A stretch of 64,000 nucleotides of DNA from Limisphaerales bacterium (GCA_038249465.1 JBBRWD010000011.1:38458-102457); one strand, 5' to 3'; positions 1 through 13,300 are shown, numbered from the stretch's first letter. Notes: generated from the sequence alone by a model not told the origin. Program-made: numbers and translations.

Positions 1-1
1 T

Positions 2-508
2 GTGGATGTTTTCCCGACGCTCGCCGAAATCGCCGGAGCCCGCATGCCCAGTGACGTCGCCGCGAAGCTGGACGGGCGCAGCCTCGTGCCGCTCTTGCAG
101 AACACCAACTCAGCGTGGCCGGATCGCTTCCTGATCACGCACGTGGGGCGGTGGGCGGCGGGAGAGGTCGCCGCCGGGAAATATCGCAACTGCAGCGTGC
201 GCAGCCCGCAGTATCATCTGGTCAGCGCGGGGCAGGGTGGAGGGAAACAGTGGCAGCTTTTTGACGTGCGCCATGATCCTGGCGAGAAGCGCGACGTGGC
301 CGCAGAGCTTCCGGGCGTGGTGCGCGAAATGGAACAGGTGTTCGACCGCTGGTGGCTGGAGATTCTGCCGTGCCTCGACAACGAAGATGCCGTTGGCCCG
401 AAGGCGAATCCCTTCAAGGAACTTTACTGGAAGCAATTCGGCGGCGGACCGGACGAAGCGTTGCTGAAAGCAATGGATCCTGCCGCCAAACGCTCCAGGA
501 AGTGGTGA
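2..508 (+). CDS. sulfatase family protein, C-terminal fragment (5' end lies outside the window)
   Basis: The frame is open from the window edge to a stop at 506-508. The translation 'FPTLAEIAGARMP..LDGRSLVPLL..WPDRFL..WQLFDVRHDPGEKRDVA' looks like the C-terminal subdomain of arylsulfatase-type sulfatases. The catalytic N-terminus is not in the window. Confidence 0.75.
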   Translation: MDVFPTLAEIAGARMPSDVAAKLDGRSLVPLLQNTNSAWPDRFLITHVGRWAAGEVAAGKYRNCSVRSPQYHLVSAGQGGGKQWQLFDVRHDPGEKRDVAAELPGVVREMEQVFDRWWLEILPCLDNEDAVGPKANPFKELYWKQFGGGPDEALLKAMDPAAKRSRKW

Positions 509-803
509 TCGATTGGGTCTGAGCGGCGGCATCTGCGACTGTGTCGGCGCTGGCACTGGGGGCGTGGGTCATCGTGAAAGTGAGACAGGCCAAGTGGACG
601 ATTCATCGGGCTGGTGGGGCTTGCGCCTGGCACTGAACGAAAGAGCGAAGCGAGGCGGTGCCGCCGCGAGGAAGAGGGCGCAGGCGAGCGCGGAGATTCG
701 CGCCCTCGCCGTCCGACAAATTTCGGGAAGCGATTCCCTCCCCCAAATCACTGGCGGCTGATGCCGGTCGTTGCTTCCTTCGCACGCCCGGCTCGCCCCG
801 GCT

Positions 804-1337
804 TTACTGGTTGTTGGTCACAATCGAACTCGGCAGGGAGGCGATGGCCTTTCCGTCCAGCGAACGAAAGCGCGCCAGCACCGTGATGCGGTCGGCGGTG
901 GGTTTTGCCTCACCCCAGGGCAGGGCGAACTGGTAACCGACACCAATTGAAGTGGTATACTGGTGGTCGCGCAGCGCGTCGGCCGCGAAAGTCCAGGTGC
1001 GCAGCGGGCGCGCCGTTGCGAGGTCGGACAGGCGGATCACCCCGTCATACATCACGATCTCCACGCTGCCGCGCGAAATGGCCACCGGCTTTGGTTCACT
1101 CGCGCGGCTGGCATATACCTTGATGGCAAAACCGTCCGCACCCGGTGCGTTGTCGAAGTTGACCGCGAGCGGGATGGTGAGCAGATGCAACTGGTCCACG
1201 GCGCTGCGCCCGCCGCCCGGCGAGGCGCAACCCGACACGAGCAACAAGGTCGCGGCCGCCAGGCACAGCCACACCCGCCTTGTCGCGGTCTGGTGGCCAC
1301 GGTTCCGCCAGTCAGCCAGGATGATGGGCGTTGTCAT
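804..1337 (-). CDS. secretin-coupled lipoprotein of unknown family (candidate pilotin or accessory protein)
   Basis: ATG at 1337 was verified (cat at 1335-1337). It lies 3 nt after the secretin TGA (1341-1343). There is a lipobox 'LLLVSGC' after a hydrophobic stretch. The mature part is about 140 aa and beta-rich, with no motif I recognise. Confidence 0.6.
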   Translation of the reverse strand: MTTPIILADWRNRGHQTATRRVWLCLAAATLLLVSGCASPGGGRSAVDQLHLLTIPLAVNFDNAPGADGFAIKVYASRASEPKPVAISRGSVEIVMYDGVIRLSDLATARPLRTWTFAADALRDHQYTTSIGVGYQFALPWGEAKPTADRITVLARFRSLDGKAIASLPSSIVTNNQ

Positions 1338-1340
1338 TCT

Positions 1341-4300
1341 TCAGGACGCTTTGTCCTTCTTCGATGGCTGGTCCGGCGGCGTCGCCGGATCAGGATTCAT
1401 CTCCTCCGGCGTCAGCTTGCGTTCCGGAAAGAACGGTTCGAGCAACTTCTTCTGCACGTCATCGCGGCGGATTTGATCCTTGATGCCCGATTGCCGCATC
1501 TCCTGCTGGCTGAACGCTTCCATCGTCATCTCCTCGGGCACGCGCTTGCCATGCACCAGCACCTGCGGGGTGAGCATGATGAGCAGTTCCTTGCGGTCCT
1601 TCTGCGTTTTGCGGGCGCGGAAGAGGAAGCCGAGTCCCGGCACGTCGCCGAGAATGGGCACCTTCTTGGTGCGCGTGTCGTCCACCGTGGCGATGAGGCC
1701 GCCGATGACGACTGTCTGGCCGCTCTGCACGTTGACGGTGGTGTTGGCGCGGCGCGAGTTGATGATGGGCACGGTGGCGTTCTTGTTGATCTCAACCGTC
1801 GAACTGCTCAAGGCGCTGTTGGTGGTGCCCACTTCGATGGAGACAAATCCGTCGCTGGAGATGCGCGGAGTGACGGTCAGGTTCACCCCCACGTCCTCGT
1901 ATCGGAAGGAGTTGATGGTGTCGTTCTGCGGGGTGGTGCGGCTGTCGGTGATGAGCGGGATGCGCTGGCCGATGTTGATCGAGGCCGACTTGTTATCGGC
2001 GGTCAGAATCTGCGGGCGCGTGAGCACCTCGAGCCGCCCGTCGTTTTGCAGCGCTCGCAGCAGGAACTGGAGGTCGCCGCCGGCCATCACCGCCGAGTAG
2101 CCGTTGGCGAAGTTGTTCAACGCACTGCCCATGTCGGGATTCCCATTGTCCCGCATGCTGAACATGGTGCCCATGCCGAGCGTGCGCCCGTCGCCGATGT
2201 CCTTCTTATAGGTCCATTCAAGGCCCAGCTCCCCGATCGAATCCAGGGTCACCTCGGCCAGCAACACCTGGATGAGCACCTGCGGCTGCTGCTCGTCAAG
2301 CTGGTCGATGAGCTTGCGGATCTCTTCGAAGAAACGCGGGCTGGCCGAGAGCAGGAGGGTGTTGCTGACCTGGTCGGCCACGATGGCGACTTCGCGTTCG
2401 AGCATGCGCTGCGCGGTGCCGACCGCTTCCTGGCCGAGCACCTGCACCACGCGCTGCCGTTCCTGCGCGAGGAAGGTGCTGATGGCGGTGGCCACATCGG
2501 GCGCCTGGGCGTTGCGCAGGCGGATGATCTCGGTGCGCCGCTCCTGCGCCGTGCTCGAATCGAGCGCGTTGATGATCTCCTCGACCAGCGCCACATAATG
2601 ATCCGTGCCACCCACCAGCAGGCTGTTGGTGCGGGGGTCCACCGTCACGGTCAGCGCGCTTTGCTCCTCGCTGCCAATCACGGCGCTGGCGAGCGATTCC
2701 TCCGAACCCGGTCGCGTCTCCGAAGCCGGTTTGACCAGCGTGTACTGAATCGAACGCTGGCTCCCCGTCGGGCCGCCGCCGACTTGTTGCAGGCGGAACA
2801 GGCTCAGCAGCAGTTCCGAGGTCTGCCGCGCGTCCGCGTTCTGCAGGGCGAACACTTTGATTTTGGCCTGGCGCGGCGAACTGGTGTCGAGCTTGGCGAT
2901 GACCTGTTCCAGCAGGTCGATGTAATCCACCGGCGCGGAGACGATGAGCGAATTCATGCGCGCATCGGGCGTGATCAGGACGCCTTCCTTGAGCGCCGAG
3001 GTCACGAGTTGATGGCCGTCCTCGTTGCGCGTGATGAATTGCAGCAGCGATTGCGTGTTCGGGCTTTCTTCGGCAAGCGCAGCCGCCCGGGTGTTGAGCG
3101 CGGTGTTGAGGATGCCCGAGAGCGTCTCGGCCCGCGCATACTTCAGAGCCACCACGCGGATCTCGGAAACGCGCGCCACCTGATCGGTGTCGAGTTTCGC
3201 CACCAGTTCCTTGATGCGCGTGAGATCCGCCTCGCCGGCGGAGACGATGAGGGCGTTCATGCGCTCATCGGGATTCACCATCACCGGCAACGCGACGCCC
3301 GGTGTGCCATCGCGGTAGAGCGCTTGAATCGTCTGCGCCACACGCCGCGCGTCCGCCTTGGCCAGCGGTAACACCTGGATCGCCAGCCCGGGATCGGTCA
3401 TCTCCGAATCAAGCTTGTCAATCATGCCGGCGACCATTCCCATGTCTTCGATGGAAGCGCCGACGAGCAGCGCGTTGACCCACGCGTCAGCGACGAGCGT
3501 GATCGGATCGAGTGGCTCGCCCCGCACGCGCGGCGGGCGATTCACAAACAGTCGTTGCAGCGTCGGCTGCAAGGTGGTCGCCGTCGCCCGCTTCAGCGGA
3601 AACACGCGGAAGTTCATCCGCGACACCGTGTCCTCGGCATCGAGTTGCTTCACCAGCCGGTCCATCACATCGAAGCCCTCTTTCGTGCCCGTGACCAGGA
3701 GCGTGTTGCTGCGATCATCGGGAATGACGGACACCGGAATCGAGCGCTCGGCGGCGTTGGGCGCCTGCGCTTCACCCTGGCGTTTGGCCTGGAAGAACTG
3801 GCTCAGCACGGTGGAGAGGGAACTCGCCCGCGCGTGTTTCAATTCGTAGATCTTCACGTTGCCGTCGGCGGCGAAATCCTTCGTGTCCACCTTCTTCACA
3901 ATCTCCTTCACCACCGCGAGATTCTCCGGGCTGGCCGAAACGATGAGCGTGTTGCTGCGCGGATCGACTGCAACCGCCAGCGCCTCGCGGCGGTTGGCGG
4001 CCGCGTTGGCCCCGCGAGCGACACCCGTTGGCGCTCCCGGCCGATACAATCCCTGCTGCACCAGCGAACGCAGCATCGCCGACACGCGCTGCGCATCGGC
4101 GTATTCCAGCGTGAACATCTCGATGACTCCGTCCGCCGCGACTGGCTCGACGTCGATTCTCTCAAGCAGGCTCTGGATGATTTCGAGGTTCTCCTTGCTC
4201 GCATAAACCACCAGCGAGTTGTTCAGACTTTCCGGCTGAATCTCGACCGTGTCCGTCGGCTGCGGGCCGACGCCTTGCACCGTGCGGTTGCGCTGGCGCG

Positions 4301-7300
4301 CGGCGAACACGCCTTCAAGCATCGTCGAGATGCGCGTCGCGTCATTGTGCTTCAACGCGATGACCGTGACCGCCATCGCCGGGTCTTCGAGTTTGCGGTC
4401 GAGCTTGCTGAGCAGGTCATCAATCGCCGAGTTGTCATCCACTCCCGCTGAGATGAGCAGGGCGTTGGCGCGCGGGTCGGCCACGATCACCGGCCGCTTG
4501 CGCTGCATCTCGGGCGTGCGGGCCGCGGTGTAGCGCTGCGCGAAAAGCTGCGTCAATGAAACCACCATCGCCCGCGCGTCAGCGTATTGCAGCGGGACGA
4601 GACGAATCTTCCCACTCAGCGCGGTCTCGGCGCGGTCCAGTTCGCGCGCCAGCGATTGGACCAATTCGAAGCTGTCCTTGCCGCCGCCGATGAGCAGCGC
4701 ATTGCTGCGCTGGTCGGCCACGATGAGCACGCGCAACGAATCCGCCTGTCCCTTGCCCAGGGTCGAGCGCTGGGTGACGCGCGCATCCATCAGCTTCTGC
4801 AACGAGCCGGCCAGTTCGCTGGCGTCGGCGTGCTCCAGCGGCACGATGTGGATGTCGCGGAACTCCAGCGGCAGCGCCACGTCGAGCTTGGCCAGCAGGC
4901 TGTCAATGATGGCGAACGACTTCTCGTTGCCCGCAACGATCATCGTGTTGCTGCGCTCGTCGAGGGTGATGTTCGGCTTGTCCTCGTTGCGAATCGTCGC
5001 CGCCTTTGGTCCGGCGAAGAGGTCGGTGACGATCTTCTGGATGACCGCCGCGTCGGCGTGTTGCAGCGGATAGACGCGCAATGTCGCCATGCCCGACGCC
5101 GTCGGGATGTCGAGTTGGTTGATGACCTGCTCGATGAGAGGGAGCGCGTCAGCGCGCGCCGCCACGATGAGGATGTTCGAGAGCTCATCGGCCTGCATCG
5201 ACAGGGCGGCGCGGGTCTTGGACTGGGTGGTCGTCTTGGGTGCGCCATTGCCGTTTCCGTTTTCGAGTGCAAGGCGAAGGCGGGTGACGTAGGTCGTCAC
5301 TCCCTCAATGCCCGGGATCGGCGGCCCTTCGGCGAAAACAGCCTGCAAGATTGGCAGCAGCCGCGTGGCGGAGGCGTGCTTCAGCCGGAACAACTTGACC
5401 TCGGTGACGAACCGCTCCTCCTTCTTATCCAGGTCGGTCACCACCTTCATCGCGAGCTCGACTGACGCCGGGTCGCCGCTGAGGATGAGCGTGTTCGAGC
5501 GCGGGTCGGTGGCGGTGTTGAGCGGGTTGACCAGCGCGCGGCCGACTTCGTTGGTCGGTTCGCCACGTCCCGCCGGGCCGGTGATGAAACGCTGCGCCTG
5601 CTGGAAAATCGTGTTCAACGTCTGCGACACGGTCGCGGCGTCGGCGTACTCGAGTTGGACGAGCTTCACCTGCACGCCGTCGGTGATGGCCACGGTGTCC
5701 ATCATCGCCACCACGGCGGAGAGAGCCTTCAGGTTGTCGGGCGTCGAAGTGAGGATCAGCCGGTTCGCGCCGGGGGCGCCGTTCCACATTGGGTCGGCCT
5801 GCACCTTGATGGGCTTGGTCAGATCAAGCGTCACCGCATCGCCCTGATCATTCTGAATTCTCAGCCGGCGCACCTGCTCCTGCAATTCCCGCGCCTCGGG
5901 CGTAACCTGACCAATCCCCTGCCCCGGCGCCACCGGCGCGAGCATGCCCTGCAACACCAGCGCCAGTTGCGGCGCGCTGGCTTTCTTCAAGGTAAGGACC
6001 AGCACCTCGGCTTCCACGTAGGCGGACGGCGTGTCGAGCGAGCGAATCAGTTTTTCCAACTGCTCGAAGATGTTGGTGCGCGCCACGACGAGCAGACCGC
6101 GCGTGCGCTGGTCGGGCGAGACGGTGAGCGGCTCTCCCGGCCGGAGCACGTTGAGCTGCGTGACCATCTGCTGCACCAGCGGGGCGATCTTTTCCGGCGG
6201 CGCGTTGGACAGGGTGACAAGGCGAAATTCGAGCTGACCGGTGACGCCGGCGGTGTCGAGCTGCTTGATGAGATTTTCCAGCAGTGCGAAATCCGTCGGC
6301 TTGGCGCGGACGATGACGCTGCGGGTGCGCGGTTCGGCGACCGCCGACATCTTGGGCGGCGGCACCATCGTCCGCACCTCCCCGGGTCGCACCGGCGCGC
6401 CGAACGGCTGCTCGATGCGCACCTGCTCGGAGCGGAATAAATCGGTGATGGTCCGCGCCACAATCACCGGGTCGGCTTCCTTCAACATGAAGACGCGCAA
6501 CTCCGCCTCGCCGCTGATCGCCGAGAACGACAAATCATTCACGATGCGATCAATCTGATCCAGCTCGTGCGCCGGGCCGGAGAGGATGAGGGCGTTGGCG
6601 TCCTTGTCGATGGCGATCACCACTTCAGGCGAGCCCGTCTCCGCGTCTTTGTTCTCCTCCTGGGGAGGCGTCGGCGGGTCGGGTTTCTCGTCCTGGTTCC
6701 CGTTCACCGGCACGGTCACCGGAGCGGGCTTTTCCTGCTTCGGCGGCGCCACCTTCTCGGCCACCCGGATGCGGCCGTTGGCCATCTGCGGATAAATGTT
6801 CTGCAACATGCGCGCCATCTGCTCGACCGGAATGTTCTCGATGGGCCGGAAGCGCACCACCACACTCGAATCCTTCACCGCATCGTCGAGCTTGGTGATG
6901 AGATCCTGGATTTGCACCACGTCGGATTTCCGGCCGATGACGGTGATGGAATTGGCGAACAGATCGGCCTCGATGACCGGCTTCTCGCCCACCGCGCGAC
7001 CCTCAAAAACGGTCTGCAACCGGGGGACGACTTCCTCGGCCTTGGCATTCTTGAGCCAGACGAAATGCACGTCGCGGTCCGAGCGATCCGGCGCCTTGTC
7101 GAGCGTCGGCAGGAGCTGCTCCACGATTTTGAAGTGGGACCGCGAGGCGGAAATCACCAGCGCGTTGTTGCGGTCGTCCACCGTCACGCTGGCCGGGACG
7201 AAGCGCGCATTGCGCCCGCGCATCTGCGCGCGCGAGACGTTTTGCAGGAGCTGCTGGAGCACCGACGACACCTCCTTGGCGGAGCCGTTCTCGAGCTTGT

Positions 7301-10300
7301 AGATATGCACCTCGATCTCGTCGCTCTCGCCTTCGGTGTCGAGATCCTTGATGATTTTCATCACCTCGGTCACCGCATCCTCCGGGCCGTTGATGAGCAG
7401 ACTGTTGGCGCTTTCCACCGCGGTCACGCTCACGCGCTGCAATCGTCCCTGGGCCTGCCCCTGCCGGGCCGCGATGCTTTGGGTGACCGCCTCGGCGACC
7501 GTCTCGGCGCGGCCTTTCTTGAGATGCACCGTCTGGATGCTCGTCCGGCTTTCGAGGTCCGACTTGTCGAGGTTCTCGATGAGTTTCTCCGCGAGGCTGA
7601 GCTTCTCCGGCGGGCCCTGCACCACGACCGCGTTCATGGCCGGCGCCGGGGCGACGCGCACGCTCTTGTTGTCGGTGACCGGCATCAGGCCGACGCCCGG
7701 GCGGAAGCGCTGCCGCTGCTGGCGCTGGCGCTGAAGGTTGCCCTGGCCTTGACCGAAGCCTGGCGTGGCATCGCCCTCGGCCAGCATCGCTTCCAGCACC
7801 TGAGCGACCTGCACCGCGTCACCGTTCTTGAGGGTAAACGTGCGGATTTCATTGGAAACTTCCGCGGTCTTCTTCAATTCGATCACGAGCTTGTCGATCT
7901 GCTCGAACTGCTCCTTGGTCGCCGCGACCATCAGGATGTTGACGTTGGCATCCGCCTCAAATCGCGGCGCAAGTCCCACGGTCGTGGCCCCGACGCGTTC
8001 CTCGAACAACCGTGTCAAGGTGGGCGCCAACTCAGCCGCATTGCCCTCGGGAATCTGGTAGGTGCGCACTTCCATGGCTCCGGGTGCGTTGGTGCCATCG
8101 AGGTTCCTCACCAATTGCTCGACCTTCTCCAGCGTCGCACCGGCGGCTTCGAGCACGATGGTCCGATCATCGGCCGACGGCGTCACCACCAGCCGTTCGG
8201 CCGGGTCCTGGCTCGACGTCTGCCGCGAGAACAACTGGCTGACCATCGTAGAAATAGAGGCGGCCGAATTGCGCTGCAACGGCAGAATCCGCATCTGCCG
8301 CGACGGAGATTCGCCCGTCTCCTGCAGTTGCTTCACGATGTCTTCGATCAGCTTCAGGTGCGTCTCGCTGGCCGTGATGATCAGCCGGCTGGTGACGTCG
8401 TCGCCGAGGACGAGTGCGTCGGGCGGGCCGCCTTCGGTGTGGCCCTTCAACTGATCCTGGTAAAGTTCCTTCACGCGACTGGCGACCTCGGTGGCCACGC
8501 CGGTCTTCAGCGTCACGATGCGCATCTGCCGGCTTTCCTTGCTCGCCGTCTGTTCCATCTGATCGAGGATGAGCGAGGCGGACTGGAGATCCTGCGGCTT
8601 GCCGGAGACGATCAGCAGGCTGTTCTGCGTGTCGGTGCCGACGGTGATGCGCGGAATGGAACGGCCGAACCGATCGATTTCCTTCAAGGCCGTCGAAAGC
8701 ACCAACGAAGCCTGCGCCGGATCGACATTCTTCAGCTTGAACACGCGCGTCCGTCCGCCGAGGGCATCCGCGCTGTCGAGCTTCTTCACGATGGCCTCGA
8801 CCGCGACGAGTTCGTTGCTGAGGCCGGACACCACCAAGCGGTTCGCGGCGATGTCGGGGACAATCAGCGCGGCGACCACGCCGGCAACCGGCCGGGTCTT
8901 CAACTGTTCCTGATAAAGCTGGTTCACCGTCTGCGCGAGTTCGGGCGCGCTGGACGAGTTCAGTTCGTAAACCCGTGTCTCTCGTGCCTCGGCGGATTGG
9001 GGACTGCGGAGTTGCTGCACGAAGGCTTCGATCTCCACGAGGTGATTGGTGCGGCCGGTGAGGATCAACTTCCCGTTCTGGGCATCGGCCAGAACTTGCG
9101 CGTCCGCCGGGTCATTGGCCTCCTTGTTCTTCCACCGATCCTGATAAAGCTGCGTCACGAGCGGTTGCAGGCGCAGCACCTCGTCGGCGGGACCGATCTC
9201 GAGCACCTTTGTCTCCCGTGACCCTTGCGCGACGGCGGCGGCCTGAAGGTCGGTGATGATTTTGTCGAGCAACTCCAGTTGGGTGTCGCTGCCCGCGAGG
9301 ATGAGTTGATTGCTCGGGGCGTCATCCAGAATCAGCACGTCGGTCGTGCCGAGGTCGGGTTTGCTGGAGAGCTGATCGTTGTAAAGCTGGCGAACCTTGG
9401 CCGACATCTCGGCGACCTTCGCCTGCTTGAGCGTGACCACCTTGATCTTGCGCTCCGCCTGGGTGCCGAGCGCGCTGTCCAACTGCTCGATGATCAACGC
9501 CGCATTCTGCAGCGACTGCAATTCCTTCGGGTCGCCCGCCACGATGATCGTCCGCGTCTTGGCATCCAGCGTCAAACCCACGCGTCGGCGCGGCCGGTTG
9601 TAGGCATCGTAGCTGGTCAACGCATTGCCCAGAATTTCGACGACCTTCGTTGGATCGGCCGACTTGAGCTTGAACACGCGCACCGTCCCGCTCTGGGCGG
9701 TGACCTTGTCGAGCTTCTTGATGATCTCCTCGACGACCGCAAGTTCGTTGGACGAGCCCGTGACGATCAGCCGGTTCGCCGTGACATCCGGGAGGATGGA
9801 GGTGTCCAGCGTCTGCGCGCCTGGCCGGTTCTTGGACTGGTCCAGGTAAAGCGAGCGCACCGTGCTGGAGAACTCCACCGCGTTGGCCGTGGTCAGATCG
9901 AAAATCCGCGTGTCGCGCGGCTGATTCAATTCGGCCGTGCGCAGTTCACCGACGATCTTTTCGATCTCGGCGAGATGGTTGGTGCGCCCCGTGACAATGA
10001 ACCGGGCGCTGCGCGTGTCGGAAACGATCTGTGCGTCGGCCGGATCGCCGATCTCCTTGTCGCGCCAGCGCTCGGTGTAAAGCTGCTGCACGAGCGGCAG
10101 CAAACGGGCCATCTCGTCCACCTGGCCAATCTCGATCATCTTCGTCTCGCGCGGACCATGGGCGGTCTGCGCCGCCTGGAGGTCGCTGATGATCTTCTCC
10201 AGCAGCGTCAATTGCGCTTCGCTGCCGGCGAGGATGAGCTGGTTGCTGGTTGCGTCGTCCAGTATCAGGAATTCGGTCGTGCCCAGTTCCGGCTGCGCGG

Positions 10301-13300
10301 TGAGTTGGTCAGTATAAAGCTGGCGGACCTTCGGGAGGAGTTCGGAGACTTTGCCTTTCTGGAGGGTCACGACCTTCATCTTGCGCTCGGGCTGGGTGCC
10401 GAGCGACGCATCCAGTTGCTCGATGATCACCGACACGCCCTGCAACTCCTTCGGGTCGCCGGTGACGATCAGCGTGCGGCTCTTGGGATCGACGGAAACC
10501 GTCGCCCGCCGCACCGAACGGCCGTAGGCGTCGTAACGCACCATCGCGGTGGTGAGAATTTCGGCGACCTTCGCCGGATCGGCGGACTTGAGCTTGAACA
10601 CCCGCGCGCTGGCGCTCTGCACGCCGACCTTGTCGAGCTTCTTCACGATCTCCTCGATCGAGTCGAGTTCGTTGGTTTCGCCGGTGACGATCAAACGGTT
10701 GCCGCCCACGTCCGGGACGATGAGCGTGTCCGGCGTCATCGCGCCCCAGCGAGCCTTGGCTTCGTCTAGGTAAAGCGTGCGGACGGTGGTGGACAACTCG
10801 ACCGCGTTCGCCGTGGTGAGATCGAAGATGCGCGTGTCGCGCGCGGCGCTCTTCACCTTGATCGTCTCCGGATTCGTCTCTGCGCCCAACTGTTTCAAGA
10901 TGCCCTCGATGGCCTTCACATGCTCCGGCTTGCCCGTGATGATCAGGCGGCCCGTGCGGCCGTCGCCCATCACCTGCGCGTCGGCGGGATCGGTTTCGTT
11001 CCTGTCCTTCCATTGATCGGTATAGAGCTGCTGCACCAGGGGCAACAAACGCTGCACATCCGCGGCGTTGCCGACTTCGAAGGAGCGCGTCTCTCGCGGC
11101 GCCGGATTCGTCACCGTGCCGACTTGGAGGCGGGCGAAGATGTCTTCGATCGGTTTCATCTGCGTCTGGCGCGCCGAGACGATGAGTCGCCCGGTCCGCC
11201 CGTCGCTGACGAACTGCGCGTCCGCCAAACCGAGCGCCGGATCGCTGGCCACCTGATCCTTGTAGAGCTGCTGCATCAGCGGCATCAGTCGCTGCGCGTC
11301 GGCGAGTTTGCCCACCTCGAACACCTTCGATTCGCGGGGCGCGCGGGCCTCACCTTGGGCGGTTTCGACGATCTGCTTCACCGCGGTGACCTGATCCTTC
11401 GTGCCATACACCATCAACCGCGTGCCGGCGGCGTCGGCGTAGATCGTCGCCGAGCGTGTGGTCCGGCCGACGTTCTGTTCGGAGTAAATCCGGTTCACCA
11501 CCGGCAGCAGCTCGGCGGCGTTGGCCGACTTGAGTTCGACCGTCTGTAATTCGCGCGCGCTCTGCTCCGGCTTGGCGTCGAGCGTGGCGATGGCCGACTC
11601 GACCTGCGGCAGCATGCTCGCCGGCGCCAGCACGATGAGCCGCTTGCCGGAAGGCTCGGGCGTGATGCTGAGGAGGTTCGTGATGTTGCGCGAACCGCTC
11701 TGCGCGGCGAAGACCTTCATCGTCAGCCCCGCCAGCGCGTCAGGATCCTCGGTGCGCACCTCGATGATCTTCATCTCACGATTTCGTCCCGGCGCCGTCC
11801 CCGCCGTCGCACCCGGTTCGAGTCCTTCGTTGTCGAGGCGCTGGATGATGCCTTCCGCGTCCTTCAAATCGTTGCGCGGCCCGGAGACGATGATGCTGTT
11901 CGACTCGCGCTCGGCGGTGACGGAGACGCGCCGGATGGGCTGGTTGCGCGTGTCAAACTTGAGCATGGCGTTGGACACCACGCCCACGACCTGCATCGCG
12001 TCGGCGTTGAGCAACTTGAAGACGCGCGCCCCGCCAGCCGCCTCGGGCGCCTGATCGAGCTTCTCGATGACCGCCGCCACGGTCTTCAATTCCTCGCTGG
12101 GTCCGGTGACAATGAGCCGGTTGCCCGCGGCGTCAGGAACGATCTTGGTCTGCACTGTGTAAGTCGGTCCGAACTGATCCCGCACCATCTCGCTAAACAG
12201 CGTGGTCACCATCGGAGCCGTGGTGGTGGCATCGCCCTGTTTCAGTTCGAAGATGCGCATCTCGCGCGGCTGCAGATCCGATTTGGTGTCGAGCTGCTCG
12301 ATGATCTTCGCCGCCGCCTCGACGCCCGCTGTCTCGCCGCTGACCACGAGCGCGTTGCTGCGCGCATCCACCTGCACCTTCACCTGCTGCGACTGCGCGT
12401 TGAGGCTCTTCTCGACAAGGCTGGCCATATCGGCGGCCAGACCGGAGCGGAGCCGGATGACGCGCGTCTCCTCCTTCGCGCCCACGCGACCGGCCGGATC
12501 CAGTTGGCGGATGATCGCCTCGACGCGGGCAATCTCCCTCTCGGAGCCGCTGACCATGATGCGGTTGTTCTTCGTCTCGGCGAGCAGCGTGGCCGCTCCG
12601 CCTTGCGGCTCGGGGAATCCGCGCATTTGCTCGGTGTAGAGTTGTTGCACCAATGGCGTGAGGTCGGTGGCGTTGCGACTGAAAAGCTCGACTCCCTTGA
12701 ACTGTCGCGCGGTCCCAGCGGAGGAAGCGGCGTCGAGTTGCTGAATGAGATTCGTCAGGCGCTCCATGTCCTTCGCCGTGGCGAGGACGATGATCTGCTT
12801 GCCCGAGGTGTCGGGCATCATCTTCGGCGCGAGCTGCGCGCTCGCCGGTTCATCCACCACGGTCGGCATCAACTGGGTCGTCAGCGCGATGAGTTCCAGC
12901 GCCGGTTTGCCATGCACGGGCACCACCGCCATCTCGCGCTTCACCCGCTCCGTCGTGACGTCGAGCATCTTCACCACCTGGTCGATTTCCTTGAACTGCT
13001 CGTCGCTCGCCGTGATGAGCAGGCGATTGTTCGGCGCGTCCGCCACGATCATCGGCTTGGCCTGCTCGGCAAACTGCTTGTCGCTCATCCGCTCGGTGAT
13101 GAGGCTCTGCATGTTCGCGAGCGCCGTCTCCACCTGGAGATGCTTGAGCGGAATGATCTGCAACCGGCGCTCCAGCGGACGCGTCGTCTGCAGGCGCAAC
13201 TGCTTCACAATCTCCTCGACGCGCTCGAGATGCTCCGCGCTCGCCGTGACGATGATCCGGCCGCTCTCCATGTCGGGCATGATCTTCGCGTGCGCGGTCT

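Noticed and set aside
509-803. The convergent intergenic region between the sulfatase and lipoprotein genes, with several small overlapping ORFs (513..761, 614..886, 658..936).
   Set aside because: The ORFs are short, overlap one another and are Arg/Gly/Ala-rich. I found no terminator hairpin or repeat that I could verify.
8301-11096. The periodic ~930-nt repeats could be mistaken for a repeat array or a CRISPR-like structure.
   Set aside because: The repeats are long, diverged and entirely in frame within a CDS. There is no short direct-repeat/spacer organisation anywhere in the window.
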